A DNA stretch of 64,000 nt. Origin: a virus (Duplodnaviria; Caudoviricetes). The notes beneath the pieces were generated by a model. That model saw nothing but the letters and a program-made list of their open reading frames with translations. It ran no database searches and was not told where the DNA came from. Within the stretch, counting starts at the first letter, position 1. Each line of letters starts with the position of its first letter. Of the stretch, positions 18,674-29,148 are shown piece by piece. The stretch spans positions 1-64,000 of the IMG/VR virus record IMGVR_UViG_3300020029_000569; one strand, written 5' to 3'. Position numbers and translations under genes: made by a program.

Positions 18674-19195
18674 ATGTACGAACATTTAAAAAACAATCCA
18701 CCTCTTATGGTCGCAGAAGCCATGAAGTTTTTAGGATTAAAAGAAATCAAAGGAAAAGTAAATAACAAGACTATTTTAGGTTGGGCGAATGAGATAGGTG
18801 GTAAATTAGCTGACATCTACAAAAGCGATGAAATTGCATGGTGCGGTTTGTTTATGGCTATGCTTGCTTTTAGAACTAAAAGAGTTTTGCCTAAAGACCC
18901 ATTATGGGCATTGAATTGGAATACGTTTGGGAATAGAGTTGAGAAGGCAGATGCTATGTTTGGCGATGTACTTGTATTTATTCGTAATGGCGGTGGTCAT
19001 GTAGGTTTGTATATTGGTGAAGATAAAACCGCCTATCATGTACTTGGTGGTAATCAAAGTGATGCTGTAACTGTAACACGAATATTAAAGTCAAGGCTTT
19101 ATGGTGTACGCAGACCTACATACAAAAACCAACCTGTTTCAGTTAAGAAATATTACTTATCAGCAAGTGGCAAACTTTCAAATAACGAAGCGTAA
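18674..19195 (+). CDS. NlpC/P60-like (TIGR02594-type) peptidoglycan hydrolase, likely endolysin
   Basis: DEIAWCGLF, GGGHVG, LGGNQSDAV. Confidence 0.88.
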   Translation: MYEHLKNNPPLMVAEAMKFLGLKEIKGKVNNKTILGWANEIGGKLADIYKSDEIAWCGLFMAMLAFRTKRVLPKDPLWALNWNTFGNRVEKADAMFGDVLVFIRNGGGHVGLYIGEDKTAYHVLGGNQSDAVTVTRILKSRLYGVRRPTYKNQPVSVKKYYLSASGKLSNNEA

Positions 19196-19425
19196 TGTAT
19201 TCAGAAATAAAAGAAGAATTTGAACCACAGTTCAGATATACCGATTTAAATTTTACAGAACATTATCTTAAAGCCTACGGCAAAGCAAAAAACAAACCGT
19301 ATGATGAAGCAAAAGAACTGATTAGGAAAATTCTAAAAGAAGTGCTAAAAAAATATTCACAAACAGAACCAACTACAACAGTAGGTAAGATACTAAGGTT
19401 TATATCATCAATATTCTCAAAATAA
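19195..19425 (+). CDS. Hypothetical protein coupled to the lysin
   Basis: TAATG overlap; amphipathic C-terminus. Confidence 0.55.
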   Translation: MYSEIKEEFEPQFRYTDLNFTEHYLKAYGKAKNKPYDEAKELIRKILKEVLKKYSQTEPTTTVGKILRFISSIFSK

Positions 19426-19437
19426 AAAAAACAAAAA

Positions 19438-19740
19438 ATGTCAGAACAATGTAACCATGAATTTGTAGGATATAAACAATGCTGTTATTGCGGAGCATTT
19501 GAAAACGCACGAAAAGAAATTAAAGAAAATCGGATTCAAGCAAATGTTGAATCTTTGCGAAAATCTTTTGAAGAATGGTACTTCAGTATTAAAAAAGAAT
19601 CAGGAGAACCGCCATTAGCTATGCAGATATTCCATTTCTTTGAAACTAAAATATCGCTTTTTGACGCATTAAGCAAAGGGTATAACGAAACGTTACCCCC
19701 TTTAGAACAAAAAAATAAATATACAGGTGATAGCAACTAA
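19438..19740 (+). CDS. Hypothetical protein
   Basis: N-terminal C.H...CCYCG. Confidence 0.55.
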   Translation: MSEQCNHEFVGYKQCCYCGAFENARKEIKENRIQANVESLRKSFEEWYFSIKKESGEPPLAMQIFHFFETKISLFDALSKGYNETLPPLEQKNKYTGDSN

Positions 19741-20278
19741 TCAAAAAAAGCAATTCAAATGTTCCTCTTGTGGAATGATACACCCGAAACAATTAGGGTT
19801 GTGTCGTGGATGCGCTAAGTTCAATACTATCGAAGAAACAACTATTGCACCTAAAGTTTACAAGATACCTACCCAAAGTAAAAAGACAAAAGATGCTATA
19901 CAGGCAAGTAAAGGGGTAATGACCGATTTAGACAAATGGTTTGACTTTCAAATTGAATATGAACTTACGAACGGCAAGTGCCAATGTCAAAACTGCAACA
20001 AGCCAATAAGACATCAGCTACTTTCAAAAGATACATGGGTAAGGCGTGGTAGTATTGCACATATAATTCCAAAGCGTCCTATTGGTGGTTTCCCAAGCGT
20101 ATCTACGCATTTGCATAATTTTTTTCTCGCTTGTTTGGACTGCCATAAAAAATTTGATTCAAGTTGGGATGCAGCCGTAAAGATGCCCGTATTCCCAATA
20201 GCGAAAGCCAAGTTTAACCTATTCCGTAACGCAATTAAAGAACCATTGGGTAAATTGCCTGATGAACTAATAAACTAA
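19727..20278 (+). CDS. Zinc-finger / HNH-like nuclease (NinG/Ref-like)
   Basis: FKCSSCG...GLCRGC; CQNC...AHIIPK...N...CLDCH. Confidence 0.7.
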   Translation: MIATNQKKQFKCSSCGMIHPKQLGLCRGCAKFNTIEETTIAPKVYKIPTQSKKTKDAIQASKGVMTDLDKWFDFQIEYELTNGKCQCQNCNKPIRHQLLSKDTWVRRGSIAHIIPKRPIGGFPSVSTHLHNFFLACLDCHKKFDSSWDAAVKMPVFPIAKAKFNLFRNAIKEPLGKLPDELIN

Positions 20279-20567
20279 AAAATAATGACACCGAATAAGC
20301 AACGCCCACCAAGCGATGATGAACAACAAGAAAGTCCTTTCGTAGATTCCAACGAACACGAAGATATTGTATTCGAGGAACAAGAGAAATTTGAAAAGAA
20401 AGTAAATGATTATTTCGATAACCTAAACCAACCTCAATGACACTAAATGAAGTAATAGGTAAGGTAGCATCTGTTTTTATAGCAGGGTGGTTTGTATTTA
20501 TAGGATTTGGAATTTTGTACACTATTTACTTATCTGTTGTTTTGCCTATTTGTCATAAAATTAAGGA

Positions 20568-21149
20568 ATGGAAAACCCTAAAATAAATATATTAATCCGT
20601 ACTAAGAATAGGCCGCTTGCATTCAGTAGTTGTATTGAAAGCATTAAAAAGCAAACCTATACCAACTACAATATTATTGTTTATGACAATTCAACTATTA
20701 CCTCATACATAAGGTGGGGTACATACCAAGTAATAAAAGACAATACACCATGTAAGGGATATGAATATAATTTGTTTTGCAATGATCTGAAAGAAGCGGT
20801 AAATGAAGGTTATTGGTTTGTACTTGACGATGACGATACACTTGAAAACGAAAACTCACTTGCAGAAATAGCAGTAGAACTTACAGACCCAAACCAAGCG
20901 GTAATATGTCAATTTTTAAGGGGCGTTAATCCCAAGCCGAGCAATGAGTTGATGGATAAAAAAATGATAGTAAATGGACGGATAGGAATGCCTTGCATAA
21001 TACTTCACCACACACAAAAAAACATAGCAACATTCACAGATAAGGTTAATGCAGATTATCTTTTCATAAAAGAAGTATCTCAAAAACTACCTTGTAAGTT
21101 TGTAAAGAAAATATTAGTAAACAGTCCTCATAGAAATTGGGGTAAATAA
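20568..21149 (+). CDS. Glycosyltransferase family 2
   Basis: INILIRT..RP, SIKKQTYTNY, VLDDDD. Confidence 0.88.
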   Translation: MENPKINILIRTKNRPLAFSSCIESIKKQTYTNYNIIVYDNSTITSYIRWGTYQVIKDNTPCKGYEYNLFCNDLKEAVNEGYWFVLDDDDTLENENSLAEIAVELTDPNQAVICQFLRGVNPKPSNELMDKKMIVNGRIGMPCIILHHTQKNIATFTDKVNADYLFIKEVSQKLPCKFVKKILVNSPHRNWGK

Positions 21150-21162
21150 AAACATAAAAACA

Positions 21163-21678
21163 ATGCCAATAGAAACAATCGAATTTAATGGGGTACAGTA
21201 CCCAATGTTCCAAACCAATGGAAACGCAAGTAGATTTTGCAGACCTTTCGCATTAGAAGTGTTAAAAGACTGCGAAACTATTTTAGATATTTGTCCTAAT
21301 AGATTAGAATGGAGTTTCCCTAATTCTATTTTGATAGATACTTGTATAGATGATGAATTTGATGCTATGAATTTACCCGATGTAAATGCAGATGCGATTC
21401 ATTGTTCGCACGGATTGGAACATTTAGAACGTCCATTTGATGTTTTAGAGTATTGGCATTCTAAATTAAAAAAAGGCGGTAAAATTTTTCTCTATTTACC
21501 TAATATGGATACCCAATTATATCACCGCCCGTGGTCGAATAAAAAACATTTATGGTATTGTAATGACATCATAATGAAAAACTATTTTAATGATAGGAGT
21601 GATTTATGGGTTAATTCATTTATAAGTTCTGGGTCTGATTTATATAATTCTTTTATGTGCTTTGCAGAAAAAAAATAA
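21163..21678 (+). CDS. Class I SAM-dependent methyltransferase
   Basis: DAMNLP..DAI.CSHGLEH...LKKGGKIFLYLP; motif I degenerate (ILDICPN). Confidence 0.78.
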   Translation: MPIETIEFNGVQYPMFQTNGNASRFCRPFALEVLKDCETILDICPNRLEWSFPNSILIDTCIDDEFDAMNLPDVNADAIHCSHGLEHLERPFDVLEYWHSKLKKGGKIFLYLPNMDTQLYHRPWSNKKHLWYCNDIIMKNYFNDRSDLWVNSFISSGSDLYNSFMCFAEKK

Positions 21679-21679
21679 T

Positions 21680-22228
21680 ATGCCTATTCAATATACATTA
21701 GAACAAATCAATTCAATCAAACCGAGTAAATCTCGGTTAACGGCATTGTACTTTACAGAGAAAAAAGTAAACAGGCAGAGGTATGTGTGGACAAAATGTA
21801 TTTGCGGGAATGAAAAAGAAGTTTCCGTTTCAGAAGTAACGTCAGGAGGTACTGCATCGTGTGGATGCTTATCAAGGGAAACGACAATTCTTAGAAATAC
21901 AAAATACTCAAAAAATGTACCTGAAATATCCGCTTGTTGGCATGATATGATAGCAAGATGTTATAAAGAATCTTGTAAAAATTATAAATGGTATGGGGCA
22001 AAGGGTGTGATTGTTTGCGATGAATGGAAAAACGATTACGAAACATTCCTTAATTGGGCTTTGCAAAACGGGTGGCAAAAAGGGTATCATTTAGATAAGG
22101 ATATAAAAGGTAATGGGTTTTTATATAGCCCGTCAACTTGTATGTTTGTAGAATCTAAAATAAATCTTGAAGCAAAGGGGGTGGTAGTAAGAAATGAAAA
22201 GGGTCAATTTGCATGGTATATAAAGTAG
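21680..22228 (+). CDS. HNH-type homing endonuclease-like protein
   Basis: CICGNE..TASCGC; W.DMIARCY..YKWYGAKGV.VCDEW; LDKD..YSPSTC. Confidence 0.8.
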   Translation: MPIQYTLEQINSIKPSKSRLTALYFTEKKVNRQRYVWTKCICGNEKEVSVSEVTSGGTASCGCLSRETTILRNTKYSKNVPEISACWHDMIARCYKESCKNYKWYGAKGVIVCDEWKNDYETFLNWALQNGWQKGYHLDKDIKGNGFLYSPSTCMFVESKINLEAKGVVVRNEKGQFAWYIK

Positions 22229-22234
22229 ATATAA

Positions 22235-23575
22235 ATGAAGGTAGCATTAATAGTAACAACATTTAATAGGGCAAAGTACCTATCACAAACTTTAAATAGT
22301 TTGAGGGGTATCGAGTACCCTGATGATTTTTTATTGATATTTGTAGATGATAAATCTACTGATGTGGATACAATTAAACTATTAAATGAATTTGCATTAG
22401 GTACGTTACCAATAGTAAAGTTATTTAAAAAAGAAAACAAAGGGATTACAGATAGTTTAAAGTTAGGAGTAGAAACAGCAATTTCATTAGGGTGCGATAC
22501 ATTCATAAACTTAGATGCTGATGCAATAGTAAAACCTAATTTTATTAGTAGGCTAATAGAACTTAAAAAGAAGTTCAAAGAAAAAATAGTAAGTGGGTTT
22601 AATTCTAAAAACAAAGACGGTGATGTTTTAAGAAACCCAATAATACAAGAATACGCAGACTTGATAGAGAAAAGATATTGCAATGGAATTAATATGTGTT
22701 TTGATAAAGAACAATATCTTGACATTGTAAAACCTGCACTTTCATCAAATGGAAATTGGGATTTTAATACTCATAAGCATACAACAAGTTTCATCATTGC
22801 AAAACCCTCATTAGTAGAACACATTGGTATAGAAAGTTCAATGGGGCATAGTAATAACCCTGACATAGCATTTGATTTTTACCAAAAGGAATTGGTATTA
22901 CCAAATATAACGCTATTTGGAATTGATTCACATGATAAAAATGGGATTATAAGAGCAAGTGAAATTTGCCAAAAAAACATACAATTTGGAGATGTAAAAA
23001 TTATTACAGAAAGATTATTTGATGGAAGGGATGGGTATAGCGTTTTTTGCATAAAGGAAATGTGGAAATATATCCAAACTGATTTTGTGCTTTTAATACA
23101 TTCTGATGGTTATATACAAAACTATAAAGCATGGGATGATAGTTGGTTGCAGTATGATTATATTGGCGCAAGTTGGGGGTATAAGGATAACATGAACGTA
23201 GGTAACGGAGGGTTTACACTTCGTTCAAAAAAACTACTAAATATTATCAAAGATTATGACGTTCCACAGGGAACAATTGAAGATGATTTTATTTGCAGAA
23301 AAATAAGAAAAGAATTAGAACAAAAGCATGGCATTAAATTCGCACCCGAAGAAGTGGCAAATAGGTTTTCTATTGAAGCTTATGGTGCAAAAATATTTAC
23401 TGATATGCAAGGGCATCAAGCGAACACATATACAGGTCAATTTGGCTTTCATGGATTTTCCACCATAGGATTGCCGATACCACCAACACCTAAAATACCA
23501 ACAGTTAAAACACCTATTACATTTCAAAAAAACACAATACCTAAAAACACCCATAAAAGAACATTTAAAAGATGA
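22235..23575 (+). CDS. GT2 glycosyltransferase fused to a DUF5672-like second GT-type domain
   Basis: VTTFNR, VDDKSTD, LDADA; then HSDGY, YDYIGA.W, VGNGGFTLRSKKLL, EDDFIC, FGFHG. Confidence 0.85.
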   Translation: MKVALIVTTFNRAKYLSQTLNSLRGIEYPDDFLLIFVDDKSTDVDTIKLLNEFALGTLPIVKLFKKENKGITDSLKLGVETAISLGCDTFINLDADAIVKPNFISRLIELKKKFKEKIVSGFNSKNKDGDVLRNPIIQEYADLIEKRYCNGINMCFDKEQYLDIVKPALSSNGNWDFNTHKHTTSFIIAKPSLVEHIGIESSMGHSNNPDIAFDFYQKELVLPNITLFGIDSHDKNGIIRASEICQKNIQFGDVKIITERLFDGRDGYSVFCIKEMWKYIQTDFVLLIHSDGYIQNYKAWDDSWLQYDYIGASWGYKDNMNVGNGGFTLRSKKLLNIIKDYDVPQGTIEDDFICRKIRKELEQKHGIKFAPEEVANRFSIEAYGAKIFTDMQGHQANTYTGQFGFHGFSTIGLPIPPTPKIPTVKTPITFQKNTIPKNTHKRTFKR

Positions 23576-24297
23576 GCAGTTTTAATAAATTAAACGGAGA
23601 TTATGAAGTAAATTATGTATTACAAGTACATTTAGGTGATGCCATTTGGTCGCAAACACTGATAAGAGAGTTATCTAATGGTAAGCCTATTATTTGGGGT
23701 ATTGAGCCACAATTTGTACAAGGGTTACAGAAAGCATATCCTGATATATTTTGGATAGACGTAAAAGCACTAAACCCTGATTATCAACACTTCTTAATTG
23801 ACTGTATAATTGGAGGTGTGAGGGTAATACCAATAGGGCATAGTAACGCTATTATGAAAGTTCCTTATAGCCAAGTTATGAGTTCAAAATATTCAATGTA
23901 TGACCTCGATTGGAAAACATGGAAAAATACTATGTACCAAAGAGATTTGGTATTAGAAAAAAATCTATTTGAAAAGTTAGGACTTAAAGAAGGTGAAGAA
24001 TACAATTTGATAAACAAAAGGTTTAGAAGCGATGAAAAAAGACAAGTTGACATAAAGTCAGATAATGGCTTAAAAACAATAGAAATGACAAACCTAATTG
24101 GATATAGTTTGTTTGATTGGAGTTATGTCATTGAAAATGCAACTTATATTCATACAGTTTCCACTTCTATATTATTTGTTTTGGAGTTGTTAGAACTAAA
24201 AGCAAAAGAAGTACATTTGTATTGTAGGAAACCCGAAGAACTACACTTTAAAAATGTAGATTATATATTTACTAAAGACTATAAATTACATTACTAA
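23572..24297 (+). CDS. Putative GT-B-like glycosyltransferase
   Basis: HLGDAI and SLFDW..VIENATYIHTVSTS motifs; lies in the GT cluster. Confidence 0.5.
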   Translation: MSSFNKLNGDYEVNYVLQVHLGDAIWSQTLIRELSNGKPIIWGIEPQFVQGLQKAYPDIFWIDVKALNPDYQHFLIDCIIGGVRVIPIGHSNAIMKVPYSQVMSSKYSMYDLDWKTWKNTMYQRDLVLEKNLFEKLGLKEGEEYNLINKRFRSDEKRQVDIKSDNGLKTIEMTNLIGYSLFDWSYVIENATYIHTVSTSILFVLELLELKAKEVHLYCRKPEELHFKNVDYIFTKDYKLHY

Positions 24298-24299
24298 GA

Positions 24300-24992
24300 A
24301 TGGGATTCGTAAAACAAAAGTGGGAAAAGAATTGTATTGTTTGTGGTAAGCCATTTGTAGCTTATCATAAAAAGGCTTTGTATTGCGGAGAAAGAAAATG
24401 CAAAAAGACAGCAGAGCATAACCGTAAAATACTAAACCAAAAACTATCATTGAACTATGCTTTTGAAAATCACTTGCTGATGAAAAAGTTAGATTATATC
24501 ATTCAGGCATTTTCATTATTGACGGGAATACCTACTCCATATCATTTGATACCCACCCAAAACAAAGTTGACCTTTCGCATTGGGATAAGGAATTAGTAA
24601 AAGCATTTGACATTGAAAAGAAAAGGATAGCAAATAGAGTAGATAAACTGAATAAAAAAATAGCAGAACGCAAACCGATAATTCCTAAAATAACAGACAA
24701 GATTTTAAAGGAATACGAGGAAATAGAAAGCAGCAGAAAAATAAACATCAATGTAGAAGATTTGAGGGGCATATTAAAAAAGTTATTTACCGACACCATT
24801 AAAAAGAACACGGGTAAATTTCCGATAATGACCCCACAAGAAATAAATAAGATAGGAGACATTATAGACAAAGTGAAAAACATATTGATTAAAAAAGACA
24901 ATAGCGATATTTCAAACAGCGATATTGTAGATTACATAAAAGAACACACATTGGATATTAATAAAATGATTGATGAAAAGTATTTTAACTGA
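24300..24992 (+). CDS. Zinc-finger protein
   Basis: CIVCGKPF...ALYCGERKC. Confidence 0.6.
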   Translation: MGFVKQKWEKNCIVCGKPFVAYHKKALYCGERKCKKTAEHNRKILNQKLSLNYAFENHLLMKKLDYIIQAFSLLTGIPTPYHLIPTQNKVDLSHWDKELVKAFDIEKKRIANRVDKLNKKIAERKPIIPKITDKILKEYEEIESSRKININVEDLRGILKKLFTDTIKKNTGKFPIMTPQEINKIGDIIDKVKNILIKKDNSDISNSDIVDYIKEHTLDINKMIDEKYFN

Positions 24993-25716
24993 CAAGATTG
25001 ATGTACTCATACCATTGGGGCATGGGAGTGGTTTGGATAACAACGAACTTAGATATTCGCTTAGAAGTCTGCAAGAGAATCTTAGTAATATCGGGAATAT
25101 TTATCTGATAGGAGTTAAACCAGATTGGATAACAAATGTAATTCATGTGCCATATCAAGACCCTCACATATCAAGTAAATTCAGAAATCAAAACATACTT
25201 CAAAAAATATTGTTCACTATTAGGAACTATGATGTTTCTGATAATTTTGTATTTACAAATGATGACATTTTCTTTTTAAAACCAACGGATCAAAATAACT
25301 TACACAACTACACCGATTGTACTATGCAGGAATACCTTGAAAGGAATCCAATGCTTAATATAATCTACAAACGTGCATTCTTATCTACTATCCAATACCT
25401 AAGAGAAAAGAACCTGCCAATGCAGCACTATGACAACCACACTCCTATCATTTACAACAAATTCAAATTTGAAAATATATTTGCAGACATACAGCATGAG
25501 ATAGTCATAAAGTCAATATACGGTAACTCAATAACTCCAATTATATTCGATAACAAAGTATTTAAACCGTTATCTTTGCAGCAAATAGAAAACCAAAACA
25601 AAGACCAACCATTCTTTTCAGTTGCAGACAAAGCATTGAATGAGGATATGAAAGAATACATAAAAACTAAATTTAAAAAACAATCCAAGTATGAATCAAC
25701 ACAAAACATTTATTGA
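24973..25716 (+). CDS. Stealth-family (sugar-1-phosphate transferase)-like protein
   Basis: IDVLIP, NELRYSLRSL..N, G.KPDW, FVFTNDDIFF, H.P. Confidence 0.78.
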   Translation: MKSILTDKIDVLIPLGHGSGLDNNELRYSLRSLQENLSNIGNIYLIGVKPDWITNVIHVPYQDPHISSKFRNQNILQKILFTIRNYDVSDNFVFTNDDIFFLKPTDQNNLHNYTDCTMQEYLERNPMLNIIYKRAFLSTIQYLREKNLPMQHYDNHTPIIYNKFKFENIFADIQHEIVIKSIYGNSITPIIFDNKVFKPLSLQQIENQNKDQPFFSVADKALNEDMKEYIKTKFKKQSKYESTQNIY

Positions 25717-26194
25717 AAGGAATGGCAGCAGAATGTCCCCCGAAGATGTTAAAGTTTACTTCCAAAAGTTAAACGAGAAAAGTGCTAAATCGGTAACGGC
25801 ACTACTCACTATACTTTCAGAGGACACCATTGAAAAGTTTATCGAAGCAATTGAAATTCAGTTTGCAAGACGGGATGCAATGACACTTAGCATCAGCAAC
25901 GAAAGTATGTTGGAACTGTACACCGATATTTATGAAAAGAAATTGCGCAAATTCAATTTTGTAGAGTTGGGTATATTGTCTGATATGTTTTACAAAGATT
26001 ATCCTGCCGATTTGGTAGAAGATATTTTTGGAAGCATTAAAGACTACCTTAAATTCAAAATTGAATTGCAACCATTACCAAAAGCATACCACAGTATCAA
26101 AGTTTTAATTGATACGGAGATTACAAAGGAAATGGAAATCAGAAGAAAAATAAGCGCACCTAACAATGCACCCATTTTAACGCCCAAATTATAA
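25691..26194 (+). CDS. Hypothetical protein directly upstream of TerL
   Basis: Abuts the TerL start. Confidence 0.55.
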   Translation: MNQHKTFIERNGSRMSPEDVKVYFQKLNEKSAKSVTALLTILSEDTIEKFIEAIEIQFARRDAMTLSISNESMLELYTDIYEKKLRKFNFVELGILSDMFYKDYPADLVEDIFGSIKDYLKFKIELQPLPKAYHSIKVLIDTEITKEMEIRRKISAPNNAPILTPKL

Positions 26195-28186
26195 ATGAGT
26201 GATTGTGGTACTCGCATATTATTACAAGGAGTTTATCCATACGATGTCCCCGAAGCACCGTTGGATAAATCCCTTATTATTAATAGTGAGATAAAAGACC
26301 CATTAGAGCAATATTGGCGAACTCCCGAAATACCCGACTTTAAATTAATGAGTGCCTACGAAATAGAGAAATTTGTTTATAGGGAATGGGATAGAATAGT
26401 TAATGGTGCTTTTTTTATGAATAAAGGGGTTCTTACACATATCAATGGGGCGCATTATGAATACATGACCTATTGGAAAGCAGATTACGAAATTAGATTT
26501 TTGCATATTGACAGATTGTATTTTTACTTCGATGAATTGGTAGATAATTATTCACCTGCATACGGCAAAGCAACATTTAAACCAAGACGGGGTGGTTTTT
26601 CTGCAAAAGAAAACTTCTTAGCGTTTAGAAAATCAAAGATAGGCAAATACAAAAATGTTGTTCTTTTGAATACAACATTGGATAATGCCAAAGAGATTAA
26701 CTATGTTCAAATATCAAATGCGTGGTTGACATACCCCGATTGGTTAAGGCCAAAAATAGACCAACAATCTCCAATAGATGTACCCAAGACGGGTATGGTT
26801 TATAAAAAACTAAAAGGGTACATAAAACCAAAAGCACCATTATCAAATTCGGTGGATGGTAAAAAGATACACTACCTTGTATGGGATGAGGTATTTAAAA
26901 TATTAGCATTAGACCCGCAAGTTATTTTGACTGCATTTTACGAATCCCTCTATGACAAAATCAACGATACTCTTGTAGGTAAGTTAGCATTAGTATCAAC
27001 ATTAGGTGAGGATGATAAGCAAATGGGGCAGGCAATAGAATTTGCAAAGAATATGTGGCGTGATAGCAACATTGAGGATGTAAATGAATTTGGTGCTACT
27101 AAAAGTAAATTACTCAGGTACTTCATATCAGCATACGAAGTACTTGCTATTGACAAGTACGGAGATAGCCACGAACAAAGGGCAAAGGAAATCTATGACA
27201 TAGAAATCAGAGAGATAATTGAAAAGCATGGTGAGCATTCATTTGAACATATTTCATTTTTAAGAAAAAATCCAAGAACGATAGATGATATTTTAAACTC
27301 TCCAAAAACGGGCAGTTCCTTCAATGGTGAATCAAGGGTAACAATAAGAAAAGACCAAGTTGAATTGACCCCACTTGCAGAACGTGGTTATGTAGGTGGT
27401 AAGTTTATAATGGATAACGGACGGGTTATTTTTGATACAAGCGAAAAAAATGCTAATTACGGTTGGAAAATAAAAGGCATAAATATTGCCCGAAAAAATC
27501 TATGCAGGAAATTAGGTGCTGAATGGATACCGCCAACTAACTTTGAAGGTATGGTCGGTTATGACCCCGTGCTTTTAGATGATCCAATTTCAAAACACAT
27601 TTCACAGCCCTCAATAACTATATTTAAAAAGTTAGACCACTATGCAAAGAATGGAATTAAAAACCAAATACAAGGTGTCTATGTGGGTGGCAGGAAAAGG
27701 GATAATGACGAAATAACAGAGCAAGCGGTATTTGCTGCTATTTATTTTGGATATAAACTTTGTCCCGAAAGAAACACGGGTGTTCACTTGAAATTCTTAA
27801 AGAATAACCACTACAATAAAATGTTAGTTAAGTGGACTGACGGTGGTTATGGAATCCAAATCACAACCGCAAAAGGTGAACGAAATATTTTAGATGCGGG
27901 TATCAATGCAATATACAAATGGGTAATAGGGGAACAAGAAGATAGAACTCCTAATATCGAAACTCTAAGCATTGAAGAAATGTTAGACCAACTTGAAAGT
28001 TTCACTCCCGACAAACTTCCAAAGCATGACCATATAGCGTCATTATTACAAGCAAAATTATCCTGCGATAAATTAATTCCTGATGAAAATATTAAGAAGG
28101 AAAAACGAACAAGTACATTACATTCTATGTACCACTCTTTTGGGACAAACGGTGCATCAGCATATCCTCGTAGTCAAAAATATTAA
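26195..28186 (+). CDS. terL: Terminase large subunit (crAss-like type)
   Basis: KPRRGGFS Walker A, YLVWDE Walker B, VST coupling motif, GYDP nuclease motif. Confidence 0.88.
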   Translation: MSDCGTRILLQGVYPYDVPEAPLDKSLIINSEIKDPLEQYWRTPEIPDFKLMSAYEIEKFVYREWDRIVNGAFFMNKGVLTHINGAHYEYMTYWKADYEIRFLHIDRLYFYFDELVDNYSPAYGKATFKPRRGGFSAKENFLAFRKSKIGKYKNVVLLNTTLDNAKEINYVQISNAWLTYPDWLRPKIDQQSPIDVPKTGMVYKKLKGYIKPKAPLSNSVDGKKIHYLVWDEVFKILALDPQVILTAFYESLYDKINDTLVGKLALVSTLGEDDKQMGQAIEFAKNMWRDSNIEDVNEFGATKSKLLRYFISAYEVLAIDKYGDSHEQRAKEIYDIEIREIIEKHGEHSFEHISFLRKNPRTIDDILNSPKTGSSFNGESRVTIRKDQVELTPLAERGYVGGKFIMDNGRVIFDTSEKNANYGWKIKGINIARKNLCRKLGAEWIPPTNFEGMVGYDPVLLDDPISKHISQPSITIFKKLDHYAKNGIKNQIQGVYVGGRKRDNDEITEQAVFAAIYFGYKLCPERNTGVHLKFLKNNHYNKMLVKWTDGGYGIQITTAKGERNILDAGINAIYKWVIGEQEDRTPNIETLSIEEMLDQLESFTPDKLPKHDHIASLLQAKLSCDKLIPDENIKKEKRTSTLHSMYHSFGTNGASAYPRSQKY

Positions 28187-28778
28187 TATCTTTTGAGATA
28201 GGTTTACGTCCCTCTTTTTTTAACGCTTCATCCAAAGAAGTATATTCCCTTTCTATTTGAGCAAGTACTTCGTTGTATTGCCTTTCCGTTTCCTCTAATT
28301 CGTTTAATGTTTGAGTACGGCTTTTTAAATCGCCATCTTTTACGCTTTCCCTATTCATTGCCTGACGGTTACAGGCAGATATATGTTCGGCCAATGATAT
28401 TGCCCTTGCAAATAATCTATTCTTTTGGGATTGGATATAGGCATCTGTAACCTTGACAAATAATTCAGTATTAGAACGGATAGCCGTAAGTTCAACATCT
28501 TCACTTATTTGAATTTTGCTTTCTGTAAGTATGGAATTACATATTTCAACTTTTACAGTACGCCTATCCTTATCCATATTCATTATCCAACTACATTTAT
28601 TTGAATAAGCAAGTATGATAAATGCACTAAGAAAATCAGAATCTTTTGGGTTATCAAATGTTTCATATATCGGATTGAAAAGAAAATGGATATTGTATTG
28701 TTTCAATAACGCTCTCATATATCCCGAACTGTTTAATTCAGATAATGTATCAATTAAAACTTCATATATTTTTTTCAT
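28125..28778 (-). CDS. Helical hypothetical protein; candidate small terminase
   Basis: Convergent with TerL (62-nt overlap); coiled-coil C-terminal half. Confidence 0.4.
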   Translation of the reverse strand: MKKIYEVLIDTLSELNSSGYMRALLKQYNIHFLFNPIYETFDNPKDSDFLSAFIILAYSNKCSWIMNMDKDRRTVKVEICNSILTESKIQISEDVELTAIRSNTELFVKVTDAYIQSQKNRLFARAISLAEHISACNRQAMNRESVKDGDLKSRTQTLNELEETERQYNEVLAQIEREYTSLDEALKKEGRKPISKDINIFDYEDMLMHRLSQKSGT

Positions 28779-29065
28779 ATTATCTTTTCTTGTTTTGCTA
28801 TTTTAATTATTGACCGAGTGTATAACTGAGTGAATGTAATTCCGTATATCTTATTCACCATTTCAAAAAACTTCTCTTGTGTTCTGTTAAGACATACATC
28901 GCTTCTTGTCCTGCCTTCTACTAATTCTATTGTACCAATGTTGTCAAAATCTTTTTTCATTTCTAAAATAATTTCGTCATTCAATTCTTGCGAAGTGAAT
29001 CCCTTTTCTATCAGCTTCTTTTTTATTATAATGACATTATTGGGCAATTTCATTTGTTGCGGCAT
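28775..29065 (-). CDS. Small putative DNA-binding protein (RHH-like C-terminus)
   Basis: RTRSDVCL...YGITFTQLY; coupled to the downstream gene. Confidence 0.4.
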   Translation of the reverse strand: MPQQMKLPNNVIIIKKKLIEKGFTSQELNDEIILEMKKDFDNIGTIELVEGRTRSDVCLNRTQEKFFEMVNKIYGITFTQLYTRSIIKIAKQEKII

Positions 29066-29083
29066 CGGAAAATATCTATGTTA

Positions 29084-29130
29084 CAAAAGTACATATATTA
29101 TTTTGCAATAAAAACAACTATCTACATTTG
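29084..29130. promoter_or_regulatory. Divergent -7 elements
   Basis: TACTTTTG on minus at 29084-29091; TACATTTG on plus at 29123-29130. Confidence 0.7.
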
Positions 29131-29148
29131 TTTTGAAATTAATTACAA

